Source of the DNA: Candidatus Marinacidobacterales bacterium
Lineage (GTDB): Bacteria; Acidobacteriota; Vicinamibacteria; Marinacidobacterales; SMYC01
Assembly (NCBI GenBank): GCA_965237955.1
Contig: OZ250169.1
Coordinates: forward strand, 4,576,001 to 4,640,000
Reading direction: 5' to 3'
DNA: 64,000 nt
Shown here: positions 52,215-61,101 of the stretch, one piece after another
How the letters are laid out: every line of letters begins with the position of its first letter
How positions within the stretch are numbered: the stretch's first letter is position 1
Made by a program: the position numbers and the translations under genes
Notes under the pieces: generated by a model
The model's database searches: none
Told to the model about the DNA's origin: nothing
Seen by the model: the letters and a program-made list of their open reading frames with translations, nothing else

Positions 52215-52336
52215 GCTGGGCACTCCCGGGAAACACTGAAAAACTCCGTAACAGCAAAATGTTAGACCAAGGCCGACGCAGTGGGATAGGGACAGAAGCG
52301 GCCTCGACAGGGAAACTGTCCCCGGGAATGCCCAAC
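52215..52336 (-). other. Candidate structured leader RNA / inverted-repeat element
   Basis: ~20-bp outer stem with G-U pairs on the minus strand enclosing two inner hairpins, just upstream of the BNR gene. Confidence 0.4.
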
Positions 52337-52589
52337 AAGACAGATTTGGTAGCACTCGTGCTTCTGTCCCCCTCCTTTTGATGCCCATTGTCGTATGATT
52401 CACGTTGTGGTTCGCAAGCGCGGACTCGAGAAGCTCTCAGGTCCGGCAAAGCGCCTGCGAGCTTCGAGCCCAGCGCCACCCAGTACTGCCAACGGAGGAG
52501 CCTCGCCTGTTGGAACGACGCGGGGCGATCGCGAGAGTCTCTGTATCGGCGGCTGGTAAGCTCGTCGACGCTGGCTCGCGGAGGATCAT

Positions 52590-52820
52590 ATGACGAATCG
52601 GAACTCGGCTACAGCGATAAAAGCCTCTCGGTCCGAAGGGGCTAAGCAAGTTACATCCATGGAGGCGCGGACGGTTTCCATCCCCTTGCGCGAACCTCTG
52701 GCCTTCGCAACCCGAAGGGTGGATCAGCGCCAGTACACGCTGGCACGTATCGGCACAGCGGATGGCCTCCAAGGATACGGCTTCTGCTACTCCGGTGACC
52801 GGGCCGGGAGTCAGATCTAG
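52590..52820 (+). pseudogene. N-terminal stub of a mandelate racemase/muconate lactonizing enzyme
   Basis: GGAGG RBS; ARTVSIPLREPLAFATRRV...ARIGTADGLQGYGF; ends at the stop of the convergent gene. Confidence 0.7.
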
Positions 52821-54619
52821 CGATTCGTCGGCACCCGTCGTTGCAGCTCCGCAAGCCAGCCGGTCGCGACTTTCAAGCGCGCTTTCGATTCGCTCCCGGG
52901 AAGAATCATCAGGAACCTCTGACCGTCCGGCGCGACGTCGTAGGATGGATTGCCATAAGCGTTCGTGCGATAGACTCCCTCGAACAACACTTGTGGCTCC
53001 CTCACCTTGAGCTCGGGCTCCGTCGCGATGGAAACCCTCATCAACCGCGTCCCCTCTCGATAGAAGAGCTCCGAGCCGTCTGGCCCCCAGACTGCCTCGG
53101 CCCCGCCCTCGGTCGTGATCTGGACCGGCTCACCGGGCCCGGGAAACGGGAGCAGGTAGACCTCGTTCCGGCCGGAGCGGTTCGACACGAAGGCAATCCA
53201 TCGGCCGTCCGGCGAGAACATGGGGGCCAGCTCGTTGAAGGGAGTCACCACGAGAGGTCTCGGGTGACGCTCACCCTCCATGGGAAGGATCCAGATATCC
53301 CGTTGCGTGGACGGATGGACTTCGTAGAACGCGAGGAACCGGCCGTCGCGCGACCACGAACCGGGCACCTGCTGGTTCTCTCGAGACAGCAGATGCTCGG
53401 TAACGCCTCCCTCAACCGCTCTCGAATAGAGACCCAGGCTTCCTTCCCGCTCCGAGTTGAACGTCACCCGCTTCCCGTCCGGCGTCCACGCCGGGAAGAG
53501 GTTCTCGCCCTCGTACGTGGGAATCAACCGGCGACGTTTCTCCCCCTCGTAGATCCAGATGTCGCGGCGGCCGCTCTCCTCGACGATGCGCACCGCGATC
53601 CGTCCGTCCGGGGAAACGCGTGGATACCAGAAGTCCTGACGGAGATCGGACACCGGCGCCGACTTCCCGCGCCGATCGACCCAGACGAGCAGGTGGTTCG
53701 CAGCTATCCCTCGCTCGACGTAGACGAGAGCCCCATTGCGAGCAATCGCGAAGTTTGCGACTCCAGAGACCGGATGAGCCGGGACCTTCTGCGGCAACGC
53801 CGTCTCGGGGCCGATCACGCGAAGCGCCTTGAGGTCGAACGGAACCGCAAAGAGTCCCGCGAGCTTTGCGTACACGAGGTGCCCGGTCGGTACGTAGCGG
53901 GCGTCTGTACCTCCGCGAAGAAGCCGTTTGCGCTCCCCCGTTTCGAGGGAGAGCACTGCGATGGGCGCATCCTTCGCCTCGTAGCTTCCCCATACGGTGA
54001 ACAGAACGTTCTTTCCGCCCGGCAGGATTTCGGGCCAACGGTGACTGTGCTCACCCTGATCGGATTCGGGAGTTGTCAGTACCGTGGGCGCACCTCCATC
54101 TGCGGAGACTCGATGGAGGCCCGACGCACCACTGGGAGCGAACACGATGTAGTCGTCAGCGCCCCAGGCCGCGCCCCGGCTGTCGGCAGGCGCCTGGCAA
54201 ATCGTATGGGACGACCCTCCGGCCAGTTCGATCTTTCTCAGCTCGCCGTCGGCGAAGAAACCGATCCACTTGCCATCGGGAGAGAAGAACGGATTGTGGG
54301 CTCCCTCGCTGCCGGGAATCGGACGGGCATCGAAACGATCGAGCTCTCCGACGTAGAGCCGTGTCGATCCGTGCTCGAAAGCAGCAACGACCAGCAGCGC
54401 CCCGTCCGGCGAGATGGTCAGAGGCCGGGAGTATCCCGTTTGCAGAGAGCCGACGTTCAGCTCGATCAAGGAGCCTCCTGAAGTTTGTACCGGTGACGCC
54501 AGGACATGGCCACCCAGAAGCGCTGCCCCCACGGCCATTGCCAGAGGACTCCGGCCGTTTTTTCCTCCCCGAAGGGGCTTTTCCTGTCCGCGGCGGAGCT
54601 CACGGCTCGTCAAACCCAT
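52817..54619 (-). CDS. TolB/PD40 double beta-propeller protein
   Basis: PFFSPDGKWIGFF, HRWPEILPGG, PGSWSRDG, PMFSPDGRWIAFVS, YDVAPDGQRFLM; start uncertain. Confidence 0.8.
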   Translation of the reverse strand: MGLTSRELRRGQEKPLRGGKNGRSPLAMAVGAALLGGHVLASPVQTSGGSLIELNVGSLQTGYSRPLTISPDGALLVVAAFEHGSTRLYVGELDRFDARPIPGSEGAHNPFFSPDGKWIGFFADGELRKIELAGGSSHTICQAPADSRGAAWGADDYIVFAPSGASGLHRVSADGGAPTVLTTPESDQGEHSHRWPEILPGGKNVLFTVWGSYEAKDAPIAVLSLETGERKRLLRGGTDARYVPTGHLVYAKLAGLFAVPFDLKALRVIGPETALPQKVPAHPVSGVANFAIARNGALVYVERGIAANHLLVWVDRRGKSAPVSDLRQDFWYPRVSPDGRIAVRIVEESGRRDIWIYEGEKRRRLIPTYEGENLFPAWTPDGKRVTFNSEREGSLGLYSRAVEGGVTEHLLSRENQQVPGSWSRDGRFLAFYEVHPSTQRDIWILPMEGERHPRPLVVTPFNELAPMFSPDGRWIAFVSNRSGRNEVYLLPFPGPGEPVQITTEGGAEAVWGPDGSELFYREGTRLMRVSIATEPELKVREPQVLFEGVYRTNAYGNPSYDVAPDGQRFLMILPGSESKARLKVATGWLAELQRRVPTNR

Positions 54620-54924
54620 TGTCTACCCAGGCACTCCCAACTCCGTCGCATGGGCTCTCTCCTTCCCGGATGGAACGCCGAGTGAGCGGCAACCAGTCGC
54701 TCTCGATTTTCGGCAATCACCCCGGTGAGGTTGTAGACGATGTCGGCATCGAGCTCCGTGGTGGTGAAAACGACATAGGGCATACCTACCGTCCGTGCGT
54801 CCTCGCGCTGGTTGGGATATCGATCGGCGGGAAATGCGCAGCCCACAGATGTGGCAGCAATAATTGCTGCCAGCGCTAGAGATACGGCAGTTACCCAGCG
54901 TGCGAGCTTTCGCGTCTTCATCAT
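54610..54924 (-). pseudogene. Internally deleted TAXI-type TRAP solute-binding protein
   Basis: Signal peptide joined directly to the C-terminal motif FPADRYPNQ...DADIVYNLTGVIAENRERLVAAH. Confidence 0.6.
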
Positions 54925-56051
54925 CTCGTTCTCCGAGGATCCCACCGGTAGGTCTCGAGCGTTTTCTCATCGAGCTCGATGCCGAGCCCGGGCGCCTGGG
55001 GAACGGCGAGAAACCCGTCTCGAGGGACGAGAGGCTCTCGGAGAAGCTTCCGCCGAAGAGGGTTCTCGGTGACGTTGAGCTCCTGATAGGGCGCATCGGC
55101 CTGGGTGACGAGAAAGTGGAGCGTGGCGCTGACGAGAATGTCGGTGGCCCAGCAATGAGGGATGACGTGCACGTTTCGTATCTCGGCTAGAGCGGCGATC
55201 CGCCGGATCTCCGTGATGCCGCCGACACGGGCGATATCCGGCTGGATGATCCGCAGCTTTCCTCGTTCCATGAGATCCCGGAACCCGAAGCGTGTCGTCT
55301 CCTTCTCTCCTGTGGCGATGGCGGTTGGCGAGGCGGCCACGAGTTCGGCGAACCCGTCGAGATTGTCGGGCGAGAGCGGCTCCTCCAGGAAATAAACGTC
55401 GTCTTCGGCGAGCGCGTTCCCGAGCCACAGCGCGTCTCCAAAGGAGATGGCAGCACCCATATCGACCATGAGGTCGAGCTTCGGTCCGACGCCACGGCGG
55501 AGCTCGTTTACCCAACGCGCGTCCTCGCGCACGTTTTGGCCCAGCGTCCCCCACCCGAATTTCACCCCGGTGTAGCCCTGGTCGATCAGTTCTTTGGCCC
55601 GCGGTACGACTCGAGTCTTGTCTTCGGGCGTGAGATCACTGGCATAGACCCGGACACGGTCCCGCCTCGCCCCGCCGAGAAGCTGATAGAGCGGGCGGCC
55701 GGTCACCTTCCCCAGGATGTCCCAGAGGGCGATATCGATCCCGCTCATTGCGTGGATGACGGCCCCGCGCCGACCGAACGTCGAGGTGTGCTCGTACATG
55801 AGGTCCCAGAGCTCGTTGATGCGGAGAGGGTCCTTGCCGAGGAGAAGCTGCCGAAGCCCCTGTCCGGTGAGCTGCGAGATGGGGGCATCGATGATCGCCT
55901 TCAGCACCAGTGGGGAGGTATGGGCCTCTCCGATCCCGGTGATGCCTTCGTCAGTGTGAACACGAAGGATGAGGACGTCCTGCAATCCGTCGCCGTTCGG
56001 CCGTACTTCGGCAAGCCGCAGCGGGATGGTCTCGACGTCCGTGATCTTCAT
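54921..56051 (-). CDS. Mandelate racemase/muconate lactonizing enzyme family protein
   Basis: MKITDVET, SGIDIALWDILGK, KFG, LMVD, FLEEP, TGE, IQPD, PH, PGLG. Confidence 0.92.
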   Translation of the reverse strand: MKITDVETIPLRLAEVRPNGDGLQDVLILRVHTDEGITGIGEAHTSPLVLKAIIDAPISQLTGQGLRQLLLGKDPLRINELWDLMYEHTSTFGRRGAVIHAMSGIDIALWDILGKVTGRPLYQLLGGARRDRVRVYASDLTPEDKTRVVPRAKELIDQGYTGVKFGWGTLGQNVREDARWVNELRRGVGPKLDLMVDMGAAISFGDALWLGNALAEDDVYFLEEPLSPDNLDGFAELVAASPTAIATGEKETTRFGFRDLMERGKLRIIQPDIARVGGITEIRRIAALAEIRNVHVIPHCWATDILVSATLHFLVTQADAPYQELNVTENPLRRKLLREPLVPRDGFLAVPQAPGLGIELDEKTLETYRWDPRRTR

Positions 56052-56157
56052 CGGAAGCCGTTGAGGCGCTCGCAACGCGCGAGCTTTTGAGCTGGCAGTA
56101 TAGCGTATGTCATGGTTCTCGAGGACGAAGCCCTCATGTCGTCCCCTCCTCGTCTGC

Positions 56158-56397
56158 TTAGTACCCCATCAGTCGCGGCAAGAACAAGGACAATTTCCGG
56201 CACGAGCGATCACAACTGTGAGCGCCAGCATCAACGTCAGATAAGGAAAGAGAGCCCACGACCTCTTCGGCCGCCTCGCGGTGCGTCTTGAAGTTCACCA
56301 CCACGTCGGCTCCCTCGCGACCCAGTGCCATCGCGATGGTGCGCCCAATGCTTCGCGAACCTCCGGTGACCAGCGCTCGCCGGCCTTCGAGGCGCAT
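56158..56397 (-). pseudogene. Fusion remnant: SDR N-terminus joined to a TRAP DctM C-terminus
   Basis: [18 protein letters not shown]...AAEEVV, then (frameshifted) [29 protein letters not shown]. Confidence 0.6.
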
Positions 56398-56530
56398 ACT
56401 CTTCCTCCTTGCGTCTTTCAATCAAGCTGACGCCAGACAATAGTGTCAAGCTCGGCCGGAGGCAAGATCGGTTCGCGGCTATCTGCAATCGACTCGTTCA
56501 CCTTTTTGAGAGAGCTACGAAAGGAGTAAG

Positions 56531-56660
56531 ATGCTCACATTCCGAAGGTGGGCTCCTCTTGACGACCAAGCTCCACGGTTGCGTGTCGCTGGCGACGACC
56601 GAAGAGCAGATCGAGAACTTCCTTTCTGCTTTCGAGCGCCTCGTTCGGGGAGGGGCATGA
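56531..56660 (+). pseudogene. Remnant: gene start fused to a class-III aminotransferase-like C-terminus
   Basis: AAGGAG + ATG 56531 (MLTF), then in another frame GGLLLTTKLHGCVSLATTEEQIENFLSAFERL*, overlapping the SDR start (ATGA). Confidence 0.5.
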
Positions 56661-57445
56661 CGACGTCGGAGAGAAACGGAGAAGCTGTGCTGACGAACAA
56701 AGTGGCCGTGGTCACCGGCGGTGGTACCGGTATCGGCCGCTCCATTGCTCGGCTGTTTGCCGCCCGGGGCTGCTCGGTGGTCGTCGCGGGGCGCCGCCAG
56801 GAGCCGCTCGAGGAAGTGGCGGGGGAGATTTCCGGAAGCGCCTGCCGCGCCGACGTCTCCCGCGAGCAGGACGTGGCCGCCTTGTTCGAGCTCTGCCGCC
56901 ACACCTACGGCGGGCTCGATGTGCTGGTCAACAACGCCGGTGTGATCGGCCCCATCGCAGAAGCTTCGGAGATGGACATGGAGCTCTGGGATGAAGTGAT
57001 GGCCGTCAACGTACGCGGGGTTGCTCTGTGTACCAAGTACGCCATCCCGATGATGAAGGAGCGGGGCGGCGGCTCCATCGTCAACGTGTCCTCGATTTCG
57101 GGTTTGAGGGGGTATCCGAAGCGCAGCGCTTACGTGGCCACCAAGTTTGCCGTCAACGGCATCACCGAGTCCGTCGCCCATGAGGTGGGAGAGTACGGAA
57201 TACGGGTCAACGCCGTCTGCCCCGGCGCGGTGCACGGCGAGCTCATGGAACGAGTAGTTGATCGTCGGGTTAAAGTGGAGGGACGCTCGCGTGAGGAGAT
57301 CATCAAGAGCTCTTACACCGAAGTGGCCGCCCTTCGGCAGTGGGTCGAGTCCGATGAGGTCGCGAAAGCGACGCTGTTCCTCGCCAGCGATGCCGCGAGC
57401 GCCATTACCGGCGAGTTTCTCCGCATCGATGCGGGGCGGATGTAG
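56657..57445 (+). CDS. SDR-family NAD(P)-dependent oxidoreductase
   Basis: TGGGTGIG, NNAG, YVATK, VNAVCPG. Confidence 0.93.
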   Translation: MTTSERNGEAVLTNKVAVVTGGGTGIGRSIARLFAARGCSVVVAGRRQEPLEEVAGEISGSACRADVSREQDVAALFELCRHTYGGLDVLVNNAGVIGPIAEASEMDMELWDEVMAVNVRGVALCTKYAIPMMKERGGGSIVNVSSISGLRGYPKRSAYVATKFAVNGITESVAHEVGEYGIRVNAVCPGAVHGELMERVVDRRVKVEGRSREEIIKSSYTEVAALRQWVESDEVAKATLFLASDAASAITGEFLRIDAGRM

Positions 57446-57449
57446 CGCC

Positions 57450-57761
57450 GTGGCTTTCTGGAAACGATCCCGACATCGCGCGACGGACCTCCGCATCGGC
57501 AAGGCAGTCGAAAGACCGTTGCCGGCGAGGGTCATCGTCGACGGCGAGCCCCTCTCCGCCTACGAGGGAGAGAGCGTGGCAGCGGCGCTTCTCGCTGCCG
57601 GCGTCCTCTACCTGCGATCGAGCCCGCGTTTGGGTCAACCAAGAGGAGTGTTTTGCGCGATGGGCGTCTGTCAGGAGTGCGTGGTGGAGGTCGACGGGCG
57701 TACCGTGCCCGCGTGCCTGACGCCGATCCGCGATGGAATGGAAATCCATCTCAGGCGCTGA
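57450..57761 (+). CDS. (2Fe-2S) small subunit, HcnA/opine oxidase-like
   Basis: GESVAAALLAAG, FCAMGVCQEC, ACLTP. Confidence 0.88.
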   Translation: MAFWKRSRHRATDLRIGKAVERPLPARVIVDGEPLSAYEGESVAAALLAAGVLYLRSSPRLGQPRGVFCAMGVCQECVVEVDGRTVPACLTPIRDGMEIHLRR

Positions 57762-57764
57762 GCG

Positions 57765-59198
57765 ATGGTGGAAAGTGATCTCGTCGTTCTCGGGGCTGGT
57801 CCTGCGGGAGTAGGCGCGGCGCTCGCCGCCAGCCGTCACGGCCTCCGGGTGGCGTTGATCGACGACGCTCCCGTCGCCGGAGGTCAGATTTACAAAGCAC
57901 CACCGTCGAGCTTCACCGTCGATGATCGCCGAGCTCTCGGAGCGGAGCACCAGCGGGGAGCGCGCCTGCGCGACGAGCTTGCGGCGAGCGACGTCGAGAC
58001 GTACTTCGGTCGTACCGTATGGCTGGTGAGCCGCGGCTTCGTCCTGGAAGCGGTGGGCCCCGGCGGTTTGGAGTCCTTCCGCTCGAAGAGCTTGATCCTC
58101 GCCACCGGGACCTTCGAGCGTGTCATTCCTTTTCCCGGATGGACGCTACCCGGCGTGATCGGTCTTGGCGCCGCGACACTCCTCCTGAAGAGCCAGCAGA
58201 TGTTGCCGGGCCGCCGTACGGTCGTCGCCGGTGCCGGCCCTCTTCTTCTTGCCGTTGCTGCCGGCGTGCTCAAAGGGGGAGGGGAGCTCGTGGCTGTCGT
58301 CGATTTGAACGGCCCGGCGGATGCGCTTCGTGTGGCCCCTCGTCTCATGGGCCGGCCCGATCTCGCGTTGCAAGGCATGGGCTGGATGGCTCGGATCCGC
58401 GGCGCCGGAGTGCCGGCGCTCTCCCGCCATGCGGTCACGGAAGTGAGGGGTGAGGATCGGGTTCGTGAGGTTCGGGTTACCCCCGTCGATTCTGAGTGGA
58501 AGCCGCTCCCCGACCGAAAAACCCGTGTCTTCGAGACGGACGTTCTCGCCGTCGGTCACGGGCTCGTTCCGGCAACCGAGGTGAGCCGACTTCTCGGCGT
58601 AGACCACGAATATCGAGCCGACGAGGGAGGCTGGGTTGCCACCCACGACGAGCTCTTTCGCACGTCGCTCCCCGGGCTCTACGTGGCGGGAGACGTGGCG
58701 GGGATCGCGGGAGCGAAGGCAGCCGCGTTGAGGGGCGAGCTGGCCGGCCTCGCCGCTGCTTACGATCTCGGAAAAGTGTCTCGCGACGATTGGGCCCGGG
58801 CGACGTCGACGCCGAGACGGCGGCTCCGTCGCGCCGAGCGGTTCGGCTCGGCGATGAGCCGGCTCATGAAGCTTCGTCCCGGTCTGGTGGGAACGATCAC
58901 TGGCGACACGGTCGTGTGCCGCTGTGAAGACGTTTCCCGAGGCGAAATCGACGACGCCCTCGACAACGGTGCCGGAGACTTGAATCAGCTCAAGGCCTGG
59001 ACGCGGTGCGGGATGGGACCGTGCCAGGGACGCATGTGCGGTGAGGCGGTGGCGAGCCTGCTCGCGGCACGCGTGGGCAACCGGGACCAAGTCGGGCAAT
59101 GGACGGGGCGAGCACCGCTTCGCCCTGTCCCCATGGAGATCCTCACCGGAGAGTTTCGTTACGAGGAGATTTCCCTTCCGCCACCCGCTCCTCGTTGA
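57765..59198 (+). CDS. FAD/NAD(P)-dependent oxidoreductase with BFD-like 2Fe-2S, HcnB/OoxA-like
   Basis: GAGPAG, ATGTFER..PFPGWTLPGV, VCRCE, RCGMGPCQGRMC. Confidence 0.9.
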   Translation: MVESDLVVLGAGPAGVGAALAASRHGLRVALIDDAPVAGGQIYKAPPSSFTVDDRRALGAEHQRGARLRDELAASDVETYFGRTVWLVSRGFVLEAVGPGGLESFRSKSLILATGTFERVIPFPGWTLPGVIGLGAATLLLKSQQMLPGRRTVVAGAGPLLLAVAAGVLKGGGELVAVVDLNGPADALRVAPRLMGRPDLALQGMGWMARIRGAGVPALSRHAVTEVRGEDRVREVRVTPVDSEWKPLPDRKTRVFETDVLAVGHGLVPATEVSRLLGVDHEYRADEGGWVATHDELFRTSLPGLYVAGDVAGIAGAKAAALRGELAGLAAAYDLGKVSRDDWARATSTPRRRLRRAERFGSAMSRLMKLRPGLVGTITGDTVVCRCEDVSRGEIDDALDNGAGDLNQLKAWTRCGMGPCQGRMCGEAVASLLAARVGNRDQVGQWTGRAPLRPVPMEILTGEFRYEEISLPPPAPR

Positions 59199-59207
59199 AA
59201 AGGAGAG

Positions 59208-60359
59208 ATGACGATGCTGGAACTGAAAGGTGTACTCGATGTCGTCGTCCTTGGTGGGGGCATCATGGGCTCAACCACTGCTCTCCACCTGGCGGAAGCG
59301 GGGATGCGCGTCGCGGTGCTCGACCGCCGCGGTCTGTGCTCCTTGGCTTCGGGGGTGAACGCGGGTACGCTGTCCATTCAGAACAAGCGAGTCGGTCTCA
59401 TACCCTACGCGCTCCGAAGCCTGGATCTGTGGGAAACGATGGCGGAGCGATCGGGTGTCGAGGTCGGTTACCGCCGTATCGGCGGCCTCGCCATCGCCTT
59501 CACCGAGGAAGAGGCGGAAGTCATGAGAACCCACATGGAGGAGAAACGGCAAGCGGGAGCGCCCATCGAGATCGTCGATGCGGCTCGCGCTCGCGAGCTC
59601 GAGCCGTCACTCTCTTCACACGTCGTTCTGGCGAGCTTCTGCCCTTTCGAGGGCTTCGCTAACTCCGCTCTCACCGGGCTTGCCTATCGCAAGATGCTCC
59701 TCCAGGCCCGAGTCGATGTCCGGGAGGGTTTCGAAGTCACCGCGCTGGCCCGAGACGGAGATGGTTTCTCCGTGACCGGTAACGGTGCCACCCTTCGGGC
59801 TCGGCGTCTCGTCATGGCTGGAGGAGCTTGGCTCGGAACGCTCACCCGCAATCTCGGCGCTTCTCTGCCGGTTCACCTTCGCATCAACCAGGTGGCGGTA
59901 ACCGAGCGCTTCCCTCCAACCATCACTCGGGTCCTCGTTCACGCTCTTGGTGTACTGACGCTGAAGCAGTCGACCAACGGAACGGTTTTGATCGGTGGCG
60001 GCTGGCAAGGCTCGGGCACACTCGATGAAAGCCGAACCGACATCGTCATCGAGAACTTGATCGGAAACCTCCGTCTGGCGCAGCACACGATTCCCGCCCT
60101 GGCAAAGACGCGATTGGTGCGGACCTGGCATGGTTTCGAGGGCTTCGTTCCCGACCACATGCCGCTTGCCGGTGAGTTGAACGAACTGCCGAATGCCTTC
60201 GTCGTCGGTTGTACCCGCGGTGGCTTCACCATCGGGCCGTACGTGGGAAAGCTTTTGGCCGAGCATATTCTGGGAAAAGAAACCGAGATGCCGCTGTTCG
60301 ATCCGAACCGGTTTCAGGGCACGACGGGAGCGCCACTTCGGCCTGCGGTAGAATTTTGA
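59208..60359 (+). CDS. FAD-dependent D-amino acid oxidase-family subunit, HcnC/OoxB-like
   Basis: GGGIMG, ASGVNAG, GFTIGP. Confidence 0.88.
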   Translation: MTMLELKGVLDVVVLGGGIMGSTTALHLAEAGMRVAVLDRRGLCSLASGVNAGTLSIQNKRVGLIPYALRSLDLWETMAERSGVEVGYRRIGGLAIAFTEEEAEVMRTHMEEKRQAGAPIEIVDAARARELEPSLSSHVVLASFCPFEGFANSALTGLAYRKMLLQARVDVREGFEVTALARDGDGFSVTGNGATLRARRLVMAGGAWLGTLTRNLGASLPVHLRINQVAVTERFPPTITRVLVHALGVLTLKQSTNGTVLIGGGWQGSGTLDESRTDIVIENLIGNLRLAQHTIPALAKTRLVRTWHGFEGFVPDHMPLAGELNELPNAFVVGCTRGGFTIGPYVGKLLAEHILGKETEMPLFDPNRFQGTTGAPLRPAVEF

Positions 60360-60805
60360 CGACGCCCGCTGCGACGACCCGCGAGTAGAAAGCGGCACTC
60401 GACGTGCCGCCCGGCCTGGTACCGTTTCTTCCCCAGCTGCTTGCGGATATCTGGGTCTTGGGCAGCTGGCCAGAGAGAATCATCGACCTGCTTCGTCCGC
60501 TTGCCCCACACTAGCGCTGTTGCTCAACGAACTGCCCACGGTGCTTTCGAGTGAACGAACGGATTTCGTTCATTCCCCGATGACCTCCGCCCACACGGGC
60601 GGTGCCATTGCTGTCAAGTTGACGCGACAGGTTGACCGGCAAGACCACTCGGTGCCGGTCGCAAAAGGTCGTCTTCCGATACGGTCGAGCTCACAGGAGT
60701 GTGGCTGATGGCTATGGTTGATAGCGCAAGGAGACTGGCTCAGGTTGGTGAGAACGAACCCCCACGCCCTTGTTCAAATCCAAGCGGCGAGAGTTGACTG
60801 CCCTC

Positions 60806-61006
60806 TCAGGCCGCTTCGCGCCATTCGTAACGGTGGTGGAGTCCGCCCACCCGCGGTAGCGCAACCACCTTTGCTATAGGTGACGGTCGCGGCATGATTG
60901 CTCTTGCGTTCGGGGTGTCTTTCTTGAGTCCCAAGTGGCATCGGTCTTCGTGGTAGTACAGATGTAAGAGCGCATGAGTCGAACGAGATGACTCTCGCCG
61001 AGGACC
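60806..61006 (-). pseudogene. C-terminal remnant of an integrase-core transposase
   Basis: VLGESHLVRLMRSY..YYHEDRCHLGLKKDTP...VVALPRVGGLHHRYEWREAA* across frameshifts. Confidence 0.7.
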
Positions 61007-61101
61007 GCTGCCTCGGCTCGGACGAAACGCGTCGCTGGCGTGAGACGTAAGCCATCGCGGCCGAAGCGAGCGCGGGCCGGGTTTGTTAGCCGCTTCACTT
61101 C

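Noticed and set aside
57450-60359. Hydrogen cyanide synthase hcnABC symbols
   Set aside because: The same architecture is shared by opine and hydroxyproline dehydrogenases and cannot be told apart by eye.
60360-60800. Possible further transposase fragments
   Set aside because: No motif I can recognise with confidence.
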